From Antedon mediterranea (taxonomy: Eukaryota > Animalia > Echinodermata): a stretch of 64,000 bases of DNA. The stretch's first letter is position 1, and each line of letters starts with the position of its first letter. The stretch is taken from contig NC_092670.1 of the NCBI RefSeq assembly GCF_964355755.1, forward strand, positions 34,646,388 to 34,710,387, in the 5' to 3' direction. Of the stretch, positions 13,101 through 23,538 are shown piece after piece. Both the position numbers and the translations under genes were made by a program. The notes under the pieces are model-generated. The model was given only the letters and a program-made list of their open reading frames with translations, was not told where the DNA came from and did not search any database.

Positions 13101-16100
13101 TTTTACGATCAATCAGGAAATCACCTCACATTGTATAATTAGCCAAGATGCTAGCGTTACAATATTCAGTATTACAGTTGACTCTCCCTATAATAAAAAA
13201 TAATAGAAATATGGTACTTATAAGGGGCCCTTCCACATTCAGAATACCAGAATTTCTGGAAAACAGACATGCGTCCGGTATTGAGATAGTTGACAGTAAA
13301 ATGGAAGAAAAGTTAATGGGTTTGATTATCTCTTCTCACCTCCACCTCCTGAGACAGACTAAAGTGAACCGTTTATAGTAATCTATTCAAATTGTTAAGC
13401 TCTGTCTACACTATCAAAGTATGGTAATATATGGTGATTAGCGCACATCACAATTTTTTGTCACATAGAGTTTGATAGTGTAGACATAACTTTATATTAA
13501 CTTTTTTTTTATTGAAACAACTGTCAAGTTATCAGTATATGAATATGAAATTGTATTTTTTAATTTTTCAGCTTTATTTTGTAAATAATTGTCCAAACAA
13601 TGTCTGCATACCTGATCTTGAGCTTAAAGCTGTGTCGTAAGTAGACATGTTTATCTTAATGCTTTTAAGAATAAACTGTTGATATAAATTTTGCAGTACA
13701 CCACATATATTATTAGTTCTGAAAAGAACTGTTGAGTTTCTCGAAGTTTCGGTCAATATGCTTTGATCGTCCTCATTCGCACTCCTGCGGACAATCAAAG
13801 CATATTGATCGAAACGTCAAGAAACTCAACAGTTATTTTCAGAACTAATATACGGCTTTACCACGTTGAAACACCGGTTCTCGTCAGGTCATCCAAGTTA
13901 AGCGACGTTGGGCCTGGTTAGAGCTTGGATGGGAGACCATCTGGGAATATCGGGTGCTGTATGAGCTGGGGTCCCGTAAGACATTCGAAATCAGCATTGC
14001 TAACTCTTATGGCAGCCCCTGCATCTAGTATCTGCCTTTCCTCTGGTGAAGGTGGGCACTGGACGAGAGAAGCCCTTGATCAATGTTAGGACCAATCAAG
14101 GTGCTTTAAACAGTCCTGGCTTTGTTTGTATCAAACCTGTTGGTGGCGGTAATTATCGCTGTTAGTTTCTATTGAATAAAATAAAATAAAAATAAAATAT
14201 ACGTGGTGTACTGCAAACTTTAAATCAACATTTGACAATATAAGGATAAACTGCTAAGCAATAATGATGAAAATTGTAAATGTTATATGTTGCTAATTAA
14301 GTAGTATAGGTATATTACACTTACATCTATGATTTTATTTACCCAATAAACCATCATTTAAAGAAAAAAAACCACATTTTTAACCACTTCCGGTTAAATG
14401 TAATGTTTTCTTTTTTAGAAGAAAAATCATTATTTTGTTCATTTTATTTATTGAATAACTTAAAGATGTATTGTCCCCTGAAACACAAAAAATGAAGGTC
14501 ACCATATTCTAAATTTATATTGGCCATATCAAAGTAATATTAAAGTTATTCACTTTAAGTCGAAAATTTGAGCCAAAAACAACAAGGTTACGTAATTAGG
14601 TAAATTAATTTCATTACATTTCGTCGGGAAAATCGTCACAAGCGAAAGTAAACAAAGATTTCAAACCACGAGTATGCATTATGCATGATGCTAATTAGGA
14701 TTTTTTACAACTCGTCACGGTTGAGAAGGTGTTCTCACACAGATCGCGAGAAAGTTTTATGATTATGCATACAGAGTAGCCGAACAAGCGCGTTGCATTA
14801 TGAGATATGTTTTGATCGAAAACTTTGACTGGAAGTCAAAGTTATTTTTTGAACAAAAAAACGTCTGTATTTCAGTTAAATGATTTTTTTATTCGACTAA
14901 TTTTTGGTGAAAGTTAATAACTAATATGATATTTCAAAATGACCCCCTTTTTTTTCAAAATATTAAAAAAAATTTTGTTTGGGAATTAGTCAAAGGGACA
15001 ATACATCTTTAAACTAGAAAATGAAATATTCAAAGTTTGATTTTATTCATCTTTATTTTTTATATTTTAGGAGAAAATACATCTTTAAAAATATTTTGAC
15101 TAAAGTGACTTTTTGTACTTTGTATTTAAGAGAAATTGGCTCTCTCATTGGTCGATCCACATAACCATTGATATTCATTCATTCAATCTTTTATTTCGGA
15201 ATCTCTGGTCCATAGAAAGTAAAATTACATATAAATTAATTAAAAATAAACAAGACTGCTACTAATTACTACTATTCATGGCTACTAGGATGGCATTCCA
15301 CCTGGAGAGCATTTTTGACGTATATAAGACATTGCCTATAATCGTTGAGACTAAAATTTTCACTTGAATTGAGAATTGAATTGATCGACATCAGGCCATA
15401 TGTCGATTTTATAAAAATTCATAGACATATTATTTATTGTAGACAGACACATGAACAATTCATTTTAAAGAAAAGATTATTTTTTTTAGTCTTAAGCCGA
15501 AGATTGTTGTTGGCGATTCAGATGATGTAGTTTTGAACGTGAAAATTAACAACAAAGGTCAGAAGGCGTATCAGTCTACACTTGTCGTTTTTCTCCCAGA
15601 TGGTTTAGAGTATAGTCGCATATCAAACAAGCCTAATGTAAGTAGATTTTTTTAAATTATTTTTTTTTATTACACCTTATTTATAGAGGGTGACCCTAAA
15701 CAGCGTATGCTGACAATCAAGGGTGACAGTGGCTGTGTGTATACTAGTACACCGGGGTAACCCCTACTCATCTCGAAAGATGTACTAGGCTCTTTAAAGT
15801 GCACATGAGCCAGATGTGTACACTGGACCTACGGTTTATAGTCCTTCCGAGAAGACTCGTTCTACCACCAGAACCATGGAGCGAGTGAGACTCGAACCCT
15901 TGCCGATGTTAATATGGCAAGGTATTACAGTTCCACTGTCTTAACCCACCGCTAAGATGTGTTTACACAGTCAAGTGGAGTTGTGGCTTTGTGGGTGATG
16001 ATGATGCTTGGCTACCAATCCCAGGGTCCTGGGTTCAATTCCTGTCGTGTCAGGATTTTTTTCCAAATTACAACATAAAGGCTTGTAACAAGACATTTAA

Positions 16101-19100
16101 TGTATAACTCTTAATTATTAATAGCATCTGATATCAAATTTAATCTGAATTGTAGATGGACTTTATGTGACAAAAAAATGTGATGTGCCCATATATGGAC
16201 ATGATGATGTCATATCACTACCATATTTAAGCATATCACTACCATATTTGGACACATCACATTTTTTTGTCAAGCTTTATATAATGTAATGTAATTATTG
16301 TTCATTATACTTCCTTTGTTAAGAGGGTTAAACTTGACAAGAGTATTTTTTTTTTATTTCCACTTTATATGTTTATGTTATCTGTTTGTGTGAAAGTGAG
16401 TTCTCCCTTAATTTATTAAATAAATATTGCTTTTCTTTCCTAATTTATTTAGAACTACAAAGTTGGTTGCATGGAGACTTCGGGATATTCTGGACGAATT
16501 GAATGTGATGTTGGCAATCCAATGCCAGAAAATTACAAGGTAATGAACCAACTGTTGCACATATTTTAAGCTCTGCTTATACTATCTAGTTTGACAAAAA
16601 AAATATGATGTGCCCAAATATGGTAGTTACATGCCTAAATATGGTAGAGATATGCCCAAATATGGTAGAGATATGACATCATCATGTCCATATATTAGCA
16701 CATCACATTTTGTCACATAAAGTTAGATAGTGTAGACAGAGCTTAAAAGCTTGGTCCACAAATCGCCGATTATCAGACCATGATGTCAAGATTAATGTAA
16801 ATAATTATGAATTAGAGAGAGTTAATACATTTAAATGTCTTGGTGTAGTTATTGATGACCAGTTAACCTGGCATGACCATGTGAAATCTGTATCCAAGAA
16901 GGTATTTGCAACTCTTTCCATCCTTAAACGTGTTAAACCTTTTATTAATCAGTCAACTTTAAATCAACTTTATCTTTCTCTTGTTCAACCGCATTTTGAA
17001 AAGTAACTTTAAGGCATTACTGTAGTTTAAGTTTTATTGTGTTACGGTTATTTTTATATTTTAGTTTAAAATGTACTATTGTACCCAGGGCCCCAAGGGA
17101 GACCAGTCTTTTTGACTGATTGGGCCACCCTGGTTAAATATTGTTAATAAATAAATCAATCAATCAATACTTGTACACATATTGTTTTGAAATAAGGTCA
17201 AGTTCAATATTGAATATCGAAACGTGGCAGGCTATATGGCGCTTGACCTTTGACAAGATTGCCTAAAATTTATAATTTAAATCTACGATACTTAGTATTG
17301 TATATTCAGGAATAGCCACTCCATAGTCTCTTTGCTTTTCTTCCTTATATCTTATTCTTATTAACTCAAAATTATTTTTACTAACAAACATTACTATTTG
17401 TATGCCTAGTGTGTAAACATTATTGACATAATTTCTTCATGTCGTACAACTACTTGTAACATTTTTTCTCAACTTTCTATCATCTAAAAGTCGTAGTTAG
17501 TCATGCCTCGGGTCACATTCTATGGTCACCGTACAGGTAGGCTACTACATTAGTACTTCTATGAATGGATGACTAGCCGGTGACAATAACGCTAGTTGGT
17601 CATACCCAGTACCGTTTTGATTTTACGATCATTCGGGAAACCACCTCACGAAGATCAAATTCCTAACGTACCATACTTACAGATAGAAGAATCTTAAATC
17701 TACTTTTTCTTTGTAAACGAATGAATTCTGTATTTTTTGCCGGTGATTTTGCTTCTTTTTATGTCCGTACCTTTGAGGAGTTGGATAGCCGAGTGGTTAG
17801 GACACTTGACTGTCATACAGATAGACCCGGGTTCAATTCCCGACAACTCCCAGTCCACTCAGCTGTAAATGAGTACCTGGTTGAAAATACTAGGGAGAAA
17901 AAAGGCGGCGTGGAAAGGAACTGACCACCCTACCAAATAATGCCGAGGCTTAGTACAATGAGCTCCTAACAGCTCATTCCCCTACGTTCAGAGAACGCGG
18001 GACTCACCTTTACTTTTGAATAGACTGATTCTTATTTTTGGGTTTCAATGCAGGCACGGATTTAGACACCCCAGCCATCTTTTTAAAAATTAAATAATGA
18101 CCATTTTTAATTTTCTGCAACCCGACTGATTTTTTTTTATCATTTATTTTTCCGCTATATAATAGAAACATAATATAAATTTTCATTTTTTTATTTGTAG
18201 CTTGATTTTGATTTTGTGCTTAGGCCTACAAGCGAAGAAATGATAGGAAAGTATAATACCATGACAATTGAAATGCATGTTACCAGGTAAGTTGAAATTG
18301 ATGACATGGTTAATTAAATACATTCACATATATTGGATCAAGTATTTTGTGAGTGACTCTGAACACAAATATATTGAAAACCATGTATAAAGCTCTGTCT
18401 ACACTATCAAAGTTTATGTGAGAAAAAAATTTGATGTGCCCATATATGGACATGATGATGTCATACCACTACCAGATTTGGCACATCACACTTTTTGTCA
18501 AACTAGTTTGATAGTGTAGACAGAGCTTTATAGTATAATTCATATGAGACCATGCCAACATTGTTCTAATGAAGTTACTGCAGTAAATACTTTTTTTAGT
18601 CTGTTCTAGTTTGTTTAGTCTTTAAACTATGTTTTTTTTTAGTAATCATACACACTGTTTATTGCAGTGTCTACACCTCATAAACTTCTATTTAAAAAAA
18701 ACTAAAATCATAATTATTGAAGTATAAAATATTTCTGACATGACCCTAAACAAATACAAATAATATTTTGTTGGCTCTTCACTTGTCTCGATTACACGTT
18801 TTAACAGCATAACATTTTGTTTGTTACTATAGTTCAAACGCAGAGCCTGAAGGAACTGTGTTCAACAACGTTGTTAATGTTACAGTGCCTGTTGCTCTAC
18901 AGTTCAGCCTGAGTCTGAAAGGGTGAGTGAACACAGTATTCTAATTCACATGGGGTACACTATGATAATAATGTTCCTAGTTTCTACTTTACACACAAAA
19001 TTGATTAATAAAATATCCTTTAAGAGCTCGCCAGAACAGTATTTATAGGAGCTCGAGTGAAAAAAGCATCTGTCTATCCTATCCTGCCAAAATAAGAAGA

Positions 19101-21407
19101 AAAAAGATGTTGTAGGTCATAGTATAAACAAAGTATTTGTGTGCACTTTAAAAGATCTAGTACATCTTTCAAAAGGAGTATGGGGTTACCCTGGTGTGCT
19201 ATATTAAACGTAGTCACTGTCTTGGACAGACAAGAGAGTGCCACTGACATGACCCTTAAGCTTGGTTTCCACTAGGACGCAACGAAAGGACGCAAGTGCA
19301 ACATAAGTGAGGGATTATGCAAAATCTTGCTTGTTATTTGTCAACTGGCTTGCGTTGCGTCCTAATGAGAACGAAGCTTTAGAGGAGAAGCATGTACTTG
19401 CCTTTTTTTAGAATAGTATAAGAGACATTTCCAAATAATTTGTTTTAGTTAATTCAAGATTTTGGTGTAATTACTAAGGATTTTGCTTCAAATATTTTAC
19501 TTGTTTTTATAAATGCAAATGCATAGCGCAAACAACCTCAACAAGCTTAAATTATTTACATTTTTCAGTGTATCAAAGCCAAGTCAATTAAAGTTAAGTG
19601 AAGACTTAAAAGTATTGACAGAATACCCAAAAGACACACCTGAAGAGCTTGTTGGCGATGAAGTTGAACATTTCTATGAGGTAAATTATTTTTATCCAGA
19701 AAAAGAAAGAAGAACACAGTAAAGGTGTTTGGCGCAGTGTTTGTCTTCTCTTCGTGGAATCGGAAGTTTGAGTCCAATTCATGTCGCATTACTTGTGTCC
19801 TTCACACCTGTTCTTGCACGGTTCCGGTCCAGTGTCAGAAAATCAAATCGAACATCAATGTTTCATTTTCACGACACTCCAATCGATATGCACATAGTCG
19901 CGTGGAAACAGAACATTGACATTCGATTTGATTTGCCGGTGCCGGATCGGAACCATGTTGGAACAGGTGTGAAAGACCATTTAGGCAAGAAACTTTACTT
20001 AATGTCTGTCTCTCTACCCAGGTGTAAATACATGTTTGATCCAACGATTTGAGTAATAATGTAAAGCGAATAGCTTTGTGCATTAAGAGCTATATAAAAT
20101 TGACATGTTAAAGATGAAAATAATCAAAGAATCGACTAATTTAATAGTGTACCATTCTCAGTGAAGTTCATGTACCATAAAACCCTTTAAAGCTGTCATG
20201 TTACATTCCACAATAACCTATTATCTTTATTACCTTATAGATCCGTAACACTAATGAGAGTTCTTTTGGGAAAACTGAACTTGTCATTTTGTTCCCAACC
20301 AAGAACCAAGATGATGAACATCTACTCTATCTGACATCCATCAGCAGTGATGGGGATCCTTGTACTGTTGAAGGAGGCAAAGAGAATGAATTAAGTTTAA
20401 AGGTAAAACTCCTGTCTTCACTAAAAAAAAGTGTGATGTCATTACAAGGGAGAGGGGCGCTGTTTACCATACCATAGAGACAAACAATGCTGGCATGGGT
20501 TTGAGAGACGACTCACCCCTAGTTCTGCTGGTCGAACTGTCTTCTCGGAAAGGGGACTATAAACTGTAGGTCCAGTGTATATAGTTAAAAAACCCAGTTC
20601 ATCATTCGAGACTGTCAAGAAAGGAGTTACCCTGGTGAACTTGTTCTTGAACAGGCTACTTGAGGACCGGCCAAATATGGCCGATTGGTGAGCTGAGTAG
20701 CCTCTGGGGACAAGTTGCCCTCTGTATGTGCAGCAGATGTTTGGCTGTGACTGACGTTCCTGGACAACATGGCAGTTAAACATTATGTAACATTTATGTA
20801 TGAACGGCTCAGTTTAAGGGATTGACCTTTTTGTGTGACAACATGCATATACATTGTGTAAAGTCAGAAAGGTGTTGTACAAACACAGCCTTAGTCTATT
20901 GATAAAGCTATAGGAAATCTTTATGATATATTCAACACCACACTCATATTAACAAAATAGTACTTTTTAAACAATTTCTCAGCTGAAAAACGACGAGAAA
21001 GATCAAGAACGTGGAGAAGAGAGATTAGCCCGACAGGCAGATGAACCAGTTGTGGAGGATATCATGTTCAGTTGCGACAATATGAAATGCGTTAAAATCA
21101 CATGCACATTCAGTTCAATCAGTGGTATAAGTTCAACAACGACTGGATCCAATAAGGCGAAAATCAGCATTAAGTCTCGTCTATGGGCTGCAACATTTGT
21201 TGATGTAAGTTTATTTTGGATTTATTAATAATGAGTATACTCAATCAACAGGTTATTAAGGCATGACAAGTATGTGAGCTTTGATCTGATTAAAAGTACT
21301 GACAAGTATTATCCATACTGGAGTATACAAATGAGACAGTGAGAGAAAAGATCAATGTAACTTTGAGTTATTGGGAGGGAATCTAGATATTAAACTATAT
21401 TTATTAT

Positions 21408-21446
<39 letters not shown>

Positions 21447-23538
21447 GTGCATCAGCTGTTTGTTAGTAATGGTTTATTATCTTTCAAAGAAAACATCAAA
21501 AAATCTATTTAAGGTTTCTCACTAAGAGTCAACCACTCAAATAATATCCTGGTTATGTGCATTCTGAGGAATGCCTTTTACAGCTCATCATTGAACGCAA
21601 ACTGGATTTTTACTCCGAGAGATTTAATGTACACCTATTACCAGTTTGTGGTCCATGGGCTTTTGTATTATTATGGTATTGTTTTATTATGTAATAATGT
21701 ATTATATATAAAAAGAGCTTTGTATCTGTAATTCTGTATATGTACATTTGTTTACGAAATAAAGAATTTATTATTATTATTATGTATATTAAAAGCTCCT
21801 TAATCTACTGCATTAGAAGTCAACATCTTAATATGTGAATTTAAGTAATAATAATAAAATCTTGATTTCTGCAACGGATAAAACTTGTTCACCAGAAAGG
21901 TGTTTTTCCACGAGGCCGTATAACATTGTAACAATTTTCTTTTCTTTTCTCTCTAGTACACAACATCAGTTGATTTAATATCAACTGCTAATGTAACTGT
22001 TAAAGACAGTTCATATGCTATTGCAAAGAGTGACGATTACATAAATTTACAACAAATGACTCAGGTTAGTGTACCTTACTTACTATGGTTCTTTGTTGGC
22101 TGTGGTAATGTTGGTTGTGGTAATATTAGCTTTGGTAATCCTGGTTTAGACAATGTTGTGAGGTATTTAAAGTTTTGTTACAGCTAGTGGATGTGGTTGT
22201 GATAATTGAGGTTGTGATGGGTATGTGATGATGGTTGCAGTAATGTTGGCTGTGGTAATGTTGGCTATGGTAATGTTGGTTGCGGTAATGTTGGCTGTGG
22301 TAATGTTGGCTGTGGTAATGTTGGCTGTGGTAATGTTGGCTGTGGTAATGTTGGCTGTGGTAATGTTGGCTGTGGTAATGTTGGCTGTGGTAATGTTGGC
22401 TGTGGTAATGTTAGTTGTGGTAATGTTGGCTGTGGTAATGTTGGCTGTGGTAATGTTGGCTGTGGTAATGTTGGCTGTGGTAATGTTGGCTGTGGTAATG
22501 TTGGCTGTGGTAATGTTGGCTGTGGTAATGTTGGTTGTGGTAATGTTGGCTGTGGTAATGTTGGCTGTGGTAATGTTGGCTGTGGTAATGTTGGCTGTGG
22601 TAATGTTGGCTGTGGTAATGTTGGCTGTGGTAATGTTAGTTGTGGTAATGTTAGTTGTGGTAATGTTGGCTGTGGTAATGTTGGCTGCGGTAATTTTGGT
22701 TGTGGTAATGTTGGCTATGGTAATGTTGGATTTCCTTATACAGTAATTGATATCATTTGATTAACAATTATCAATTAATTATTCAAATTGAATGCTGGCA
22801 CTGTAGGCTACTACTGATCTGGTCGGTCAATGTGATCGTGATGATTGAGTTTGTAATAATGTTGAGAGTCTTAAATAATTTGTATCCTTACAGGTGAAAA
22901 CGACAGCGAACCCAGTTCAATATCTCATAAAGTCCGACGGACCGGTATGGTGGATATACGTGCTTGCGATTGCAGGTGGCCTCTTACTGTTAACGCTACT
23001 CACTCTCTTACTATGGAAGGTAAAGCAATTGTATAAAAATGAGTATTTAATCTATCTTTTTTAGACAACAAACAAATCCTTGGTGGTCCCATTGAATTAT
23101 CAAAACATTTTTATACACCAACACAACAAAAGATGATACATATTTTTAAAAGTTATTGGTTGGTGGTTTACATTTTTATTTACATACTATTTACAATGAA
23201 TACAAAAAAAGCGTTTAACCAATAAATCTAATGAGATCTTGCGAACTTGCTATTAAATACGTGAATAGAATTATAAACAAAAGGATTGTCGGCAATGTTT
23301 CGTGTTGTGATTTAGAGTGATCAGTCTACCAGTTTGGCTAAGCCCAAAGAATATATTTAGAGGGTGATCGGGATACTGACGAATATTATTTACAGTTTTT
23401 AGGATGTCCCTTTCATTAAAATGGTCTTTCAAATGTTTACTATGGTTTAATTTAACGACCTTTTTTTCTTTTTAATTTCAGTGTGGGTTCTTTAAAAGGA
23501 AAAAGTACCAAAGTGTTAGCCAAGGTGAAAAACTTTAA
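4146..23538 (+). CDS. Integrin alpha subunit, 5'-incomplete, 21 exons; subfamily unresolved, with some alpha4/alpha9-like traits
   Basis: Phase-compatible GT-AG exons: 4146-4258, 4709-4811, 5637-5739, 6921-7018, 7670-7766, 8269-8314, 10553-10657, 11010-11065, 11837-11988, 12594-12722, 13572-13636, 15490-15637, 16453-16539, 18201-18286, 18833-18922, 19569-19680, 20241-20402, 20983-21204, 21957-22064, 22894-23019, 23482-23538. FG-GAP/Ca-binding repeats: [81 protein letters not shown]. Also RSRP, CPNNVCIPDL, IECDVGNPM, SRLW, TM WWIYVLAIAGGLLLLTLLTLLLWK and tail CGFFKRKKYQSVSQGEKL*. Confidence 0.97.
5769..6036 (-). mobile_element. MITE family A (Harbinger/Tourist-like termini) with expanded 21-bp array
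   Basis: TIRs AAGCTCTGTCTACACTATCAAAC ... GTTTGATGGTGTAAACAGAGCT. Other copies at about 6564-6684, 7161-7359, 10755-10882, 13397-13492, 16155-16275, 16568-16744, 18390-18528, 44131-44737, 49715-49878, 52580-52612, 54358-54500, 55154-55317 and 63372-63510. Confidence 0.9.
7430..7576. mobile_element. MITE family B, palindromic; also at 19258-19379 and 25596-25775
   Basis: TIR AAGCTTGGTTYCCACT(A)GGAC / GTCCTAGTGGRAAC..AGCTT, with internal GCAAC/GTTGC inverted repeats. Confidence 0.8.
8395..8800 (+). mobile_element. CR1/L2-type LINE 3' fragment
   Basis: Encodes SIRYSGTKLWNEIPDELR..KLKKEMKTYY, the typical ORF2 C-terminal LWN.LP motif, followed by an AT-rich tail. Confidence 0.7.
9780..10185 (-). 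mobile_element. Penelope-like element 3' fragment: GIY-YIG endonuclease C-terminus plus 3' pLTR
   Basis: ORF segment SHIFQHL...CFTVLDSADSAFKLKVKEALHITWSKPSLNKQ, a PLE GIY-YIG end motif, followed downstream by a hammerhead core. Confidence 0.85.
9835..9878 (-). ncRNA. Minimal type I hammerhead ribozyme in Penelope pLTR
   Basis: Minus strand CTGATGA-tGAGAA tagt TTCTC-GAAAC-AT-GTC: intact core, 5-bp stem II, palindromic ACATGT stem III; stem I is weak. Confidence 0.72.
10300..10520. repeat. Unclassified dispersed repeat of about 200 bp; other copies 12940-13130 and 17475-17650
   Basis: Shared blocks TCTATC.ACTAAA, CTATGAATGGATG, ACCCA.T.CC.TTTT, TTACGATCA.TC.G.AAA..AC.TCA. Confidence 0.8.
13677..14230. 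mobile_element. Foldback of inverted Penelope-type pLTR arms with degenerate hammerhead cores, interrupted by a SINE3
   Basis: Left arm TGTTGATATAAATTTTGCAGTACACCAC...GTTTCGGTCAATATGCTTTGATCGTCCTCA is the reverse complement of the right arm CTGCGGACAATCAAAGCATATTGATCGAAAC...[insert]...GTGGTGTACTGCAAACTTTAAATCAACA. Confidence 0.75.
13851..14197 (+). mobile_element. 5S rRNA-derived SINE (SINE3); 5S-like head at 13851-13963
   Basis: Head TACGGCTTTACCACGTTGAAACACCGGTTCTCGTC...GTTAAGCGACGTTGGGCCTGGTTAGAGCTTGGATGGGAGACC..CTGGGAATATCGGGTGCTGTA follows 5S rRNA with substitutions and has no T-run terminator. A unique body and (AATAA)n tail follow; tail fragments also at 8935-9010 (-) and 46628-46700 (+). 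Confidence 0.85.
14460..15012. mobile_element. Non-autonomous TTAA DNA transposon (Kolobok-like); related ends at 11367-11768 and 31006-31300
   Basis: TTAA-AGATGTATTGTCCC ... GGGACAATACATCT-TTAA. Confidence 0.82.
15660..15952 (-). mobile_element. tRNA-derived SINE, same family as 58442-58755; fragments at 19140-19255 and 60505-60580, related copy 20445-20785
   Basis: Minus-strand B-box GGTTCGAGTC and core TAAACCGTAGGTCCAGTGTACAC..AAAGAGCCTAGTACATCTTTCGAGA. Confidence 0.8.
16790..17168 (+). mobile_element. CR1/L2-type LINE fragment: RT C-terminal part plus 3' tail
   Basis: Encodes FKCLGVVIDDQLTWHDHVKSVSKKVFATLSILKRVKPFINQSTLNQLYLSLVQPHFE; tail stem-loop and (CAAT)n end. Confidence 0.85.
17774..18018 (+). 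mobile_element. tRNA-derived SINE with a Deu-domain-like core
   Basis: A-box TAGCCGAGTGG, B-box GGTTCAATTCC, core CCACTCAGCTGTAAATGAGTACCTG, tail CCTTTACTTTT. Confidence 0.8.
18390..18528 (-). mobile_element. MITE family A, complete copy
   Basis: TIRs AAGCTCTGTCTACACTATCAAA / TTTGATAGTGTAGACAGAGCTT flanked by TA. Confidence 0.92.
19722..19980. mobile_element. MITE family C; partial copy at 9290-9440
   Basis: Inverted ends TTCACACCTGTTC..GCACGGTTCCGG / CCGGA..GGAACCATGTTGGAACAGGTGTGAAAGAC. Confidence 0.7.
22225..22730. repeat. 15-bp minisatellite (GTAATGTTGGCTGTG)n, about 33 copies, in an integrin intron
   Basis: Direct period-15 repeat; source of the spurious (MLAVV)n ORF. Confidence 0.97.

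Noticed and set aside
13851-13963. Functional 5S rRNA gene
   Set aside because: Many substitutions, no T-run terminator, and continuation into a SINE body and A-rich tail.
15975-16060. tRNA gene (also 59835-59910 and about 34700-34780 on -)
   Set aside because: Only degenerate A/B boxes with broken stems; SINE-head or pseudogene debris.
22225-22746. 173-aa (MLAVV)n ORF
   Set aside because: Translation of a 15-bp minisatellite inside an integrin intron.
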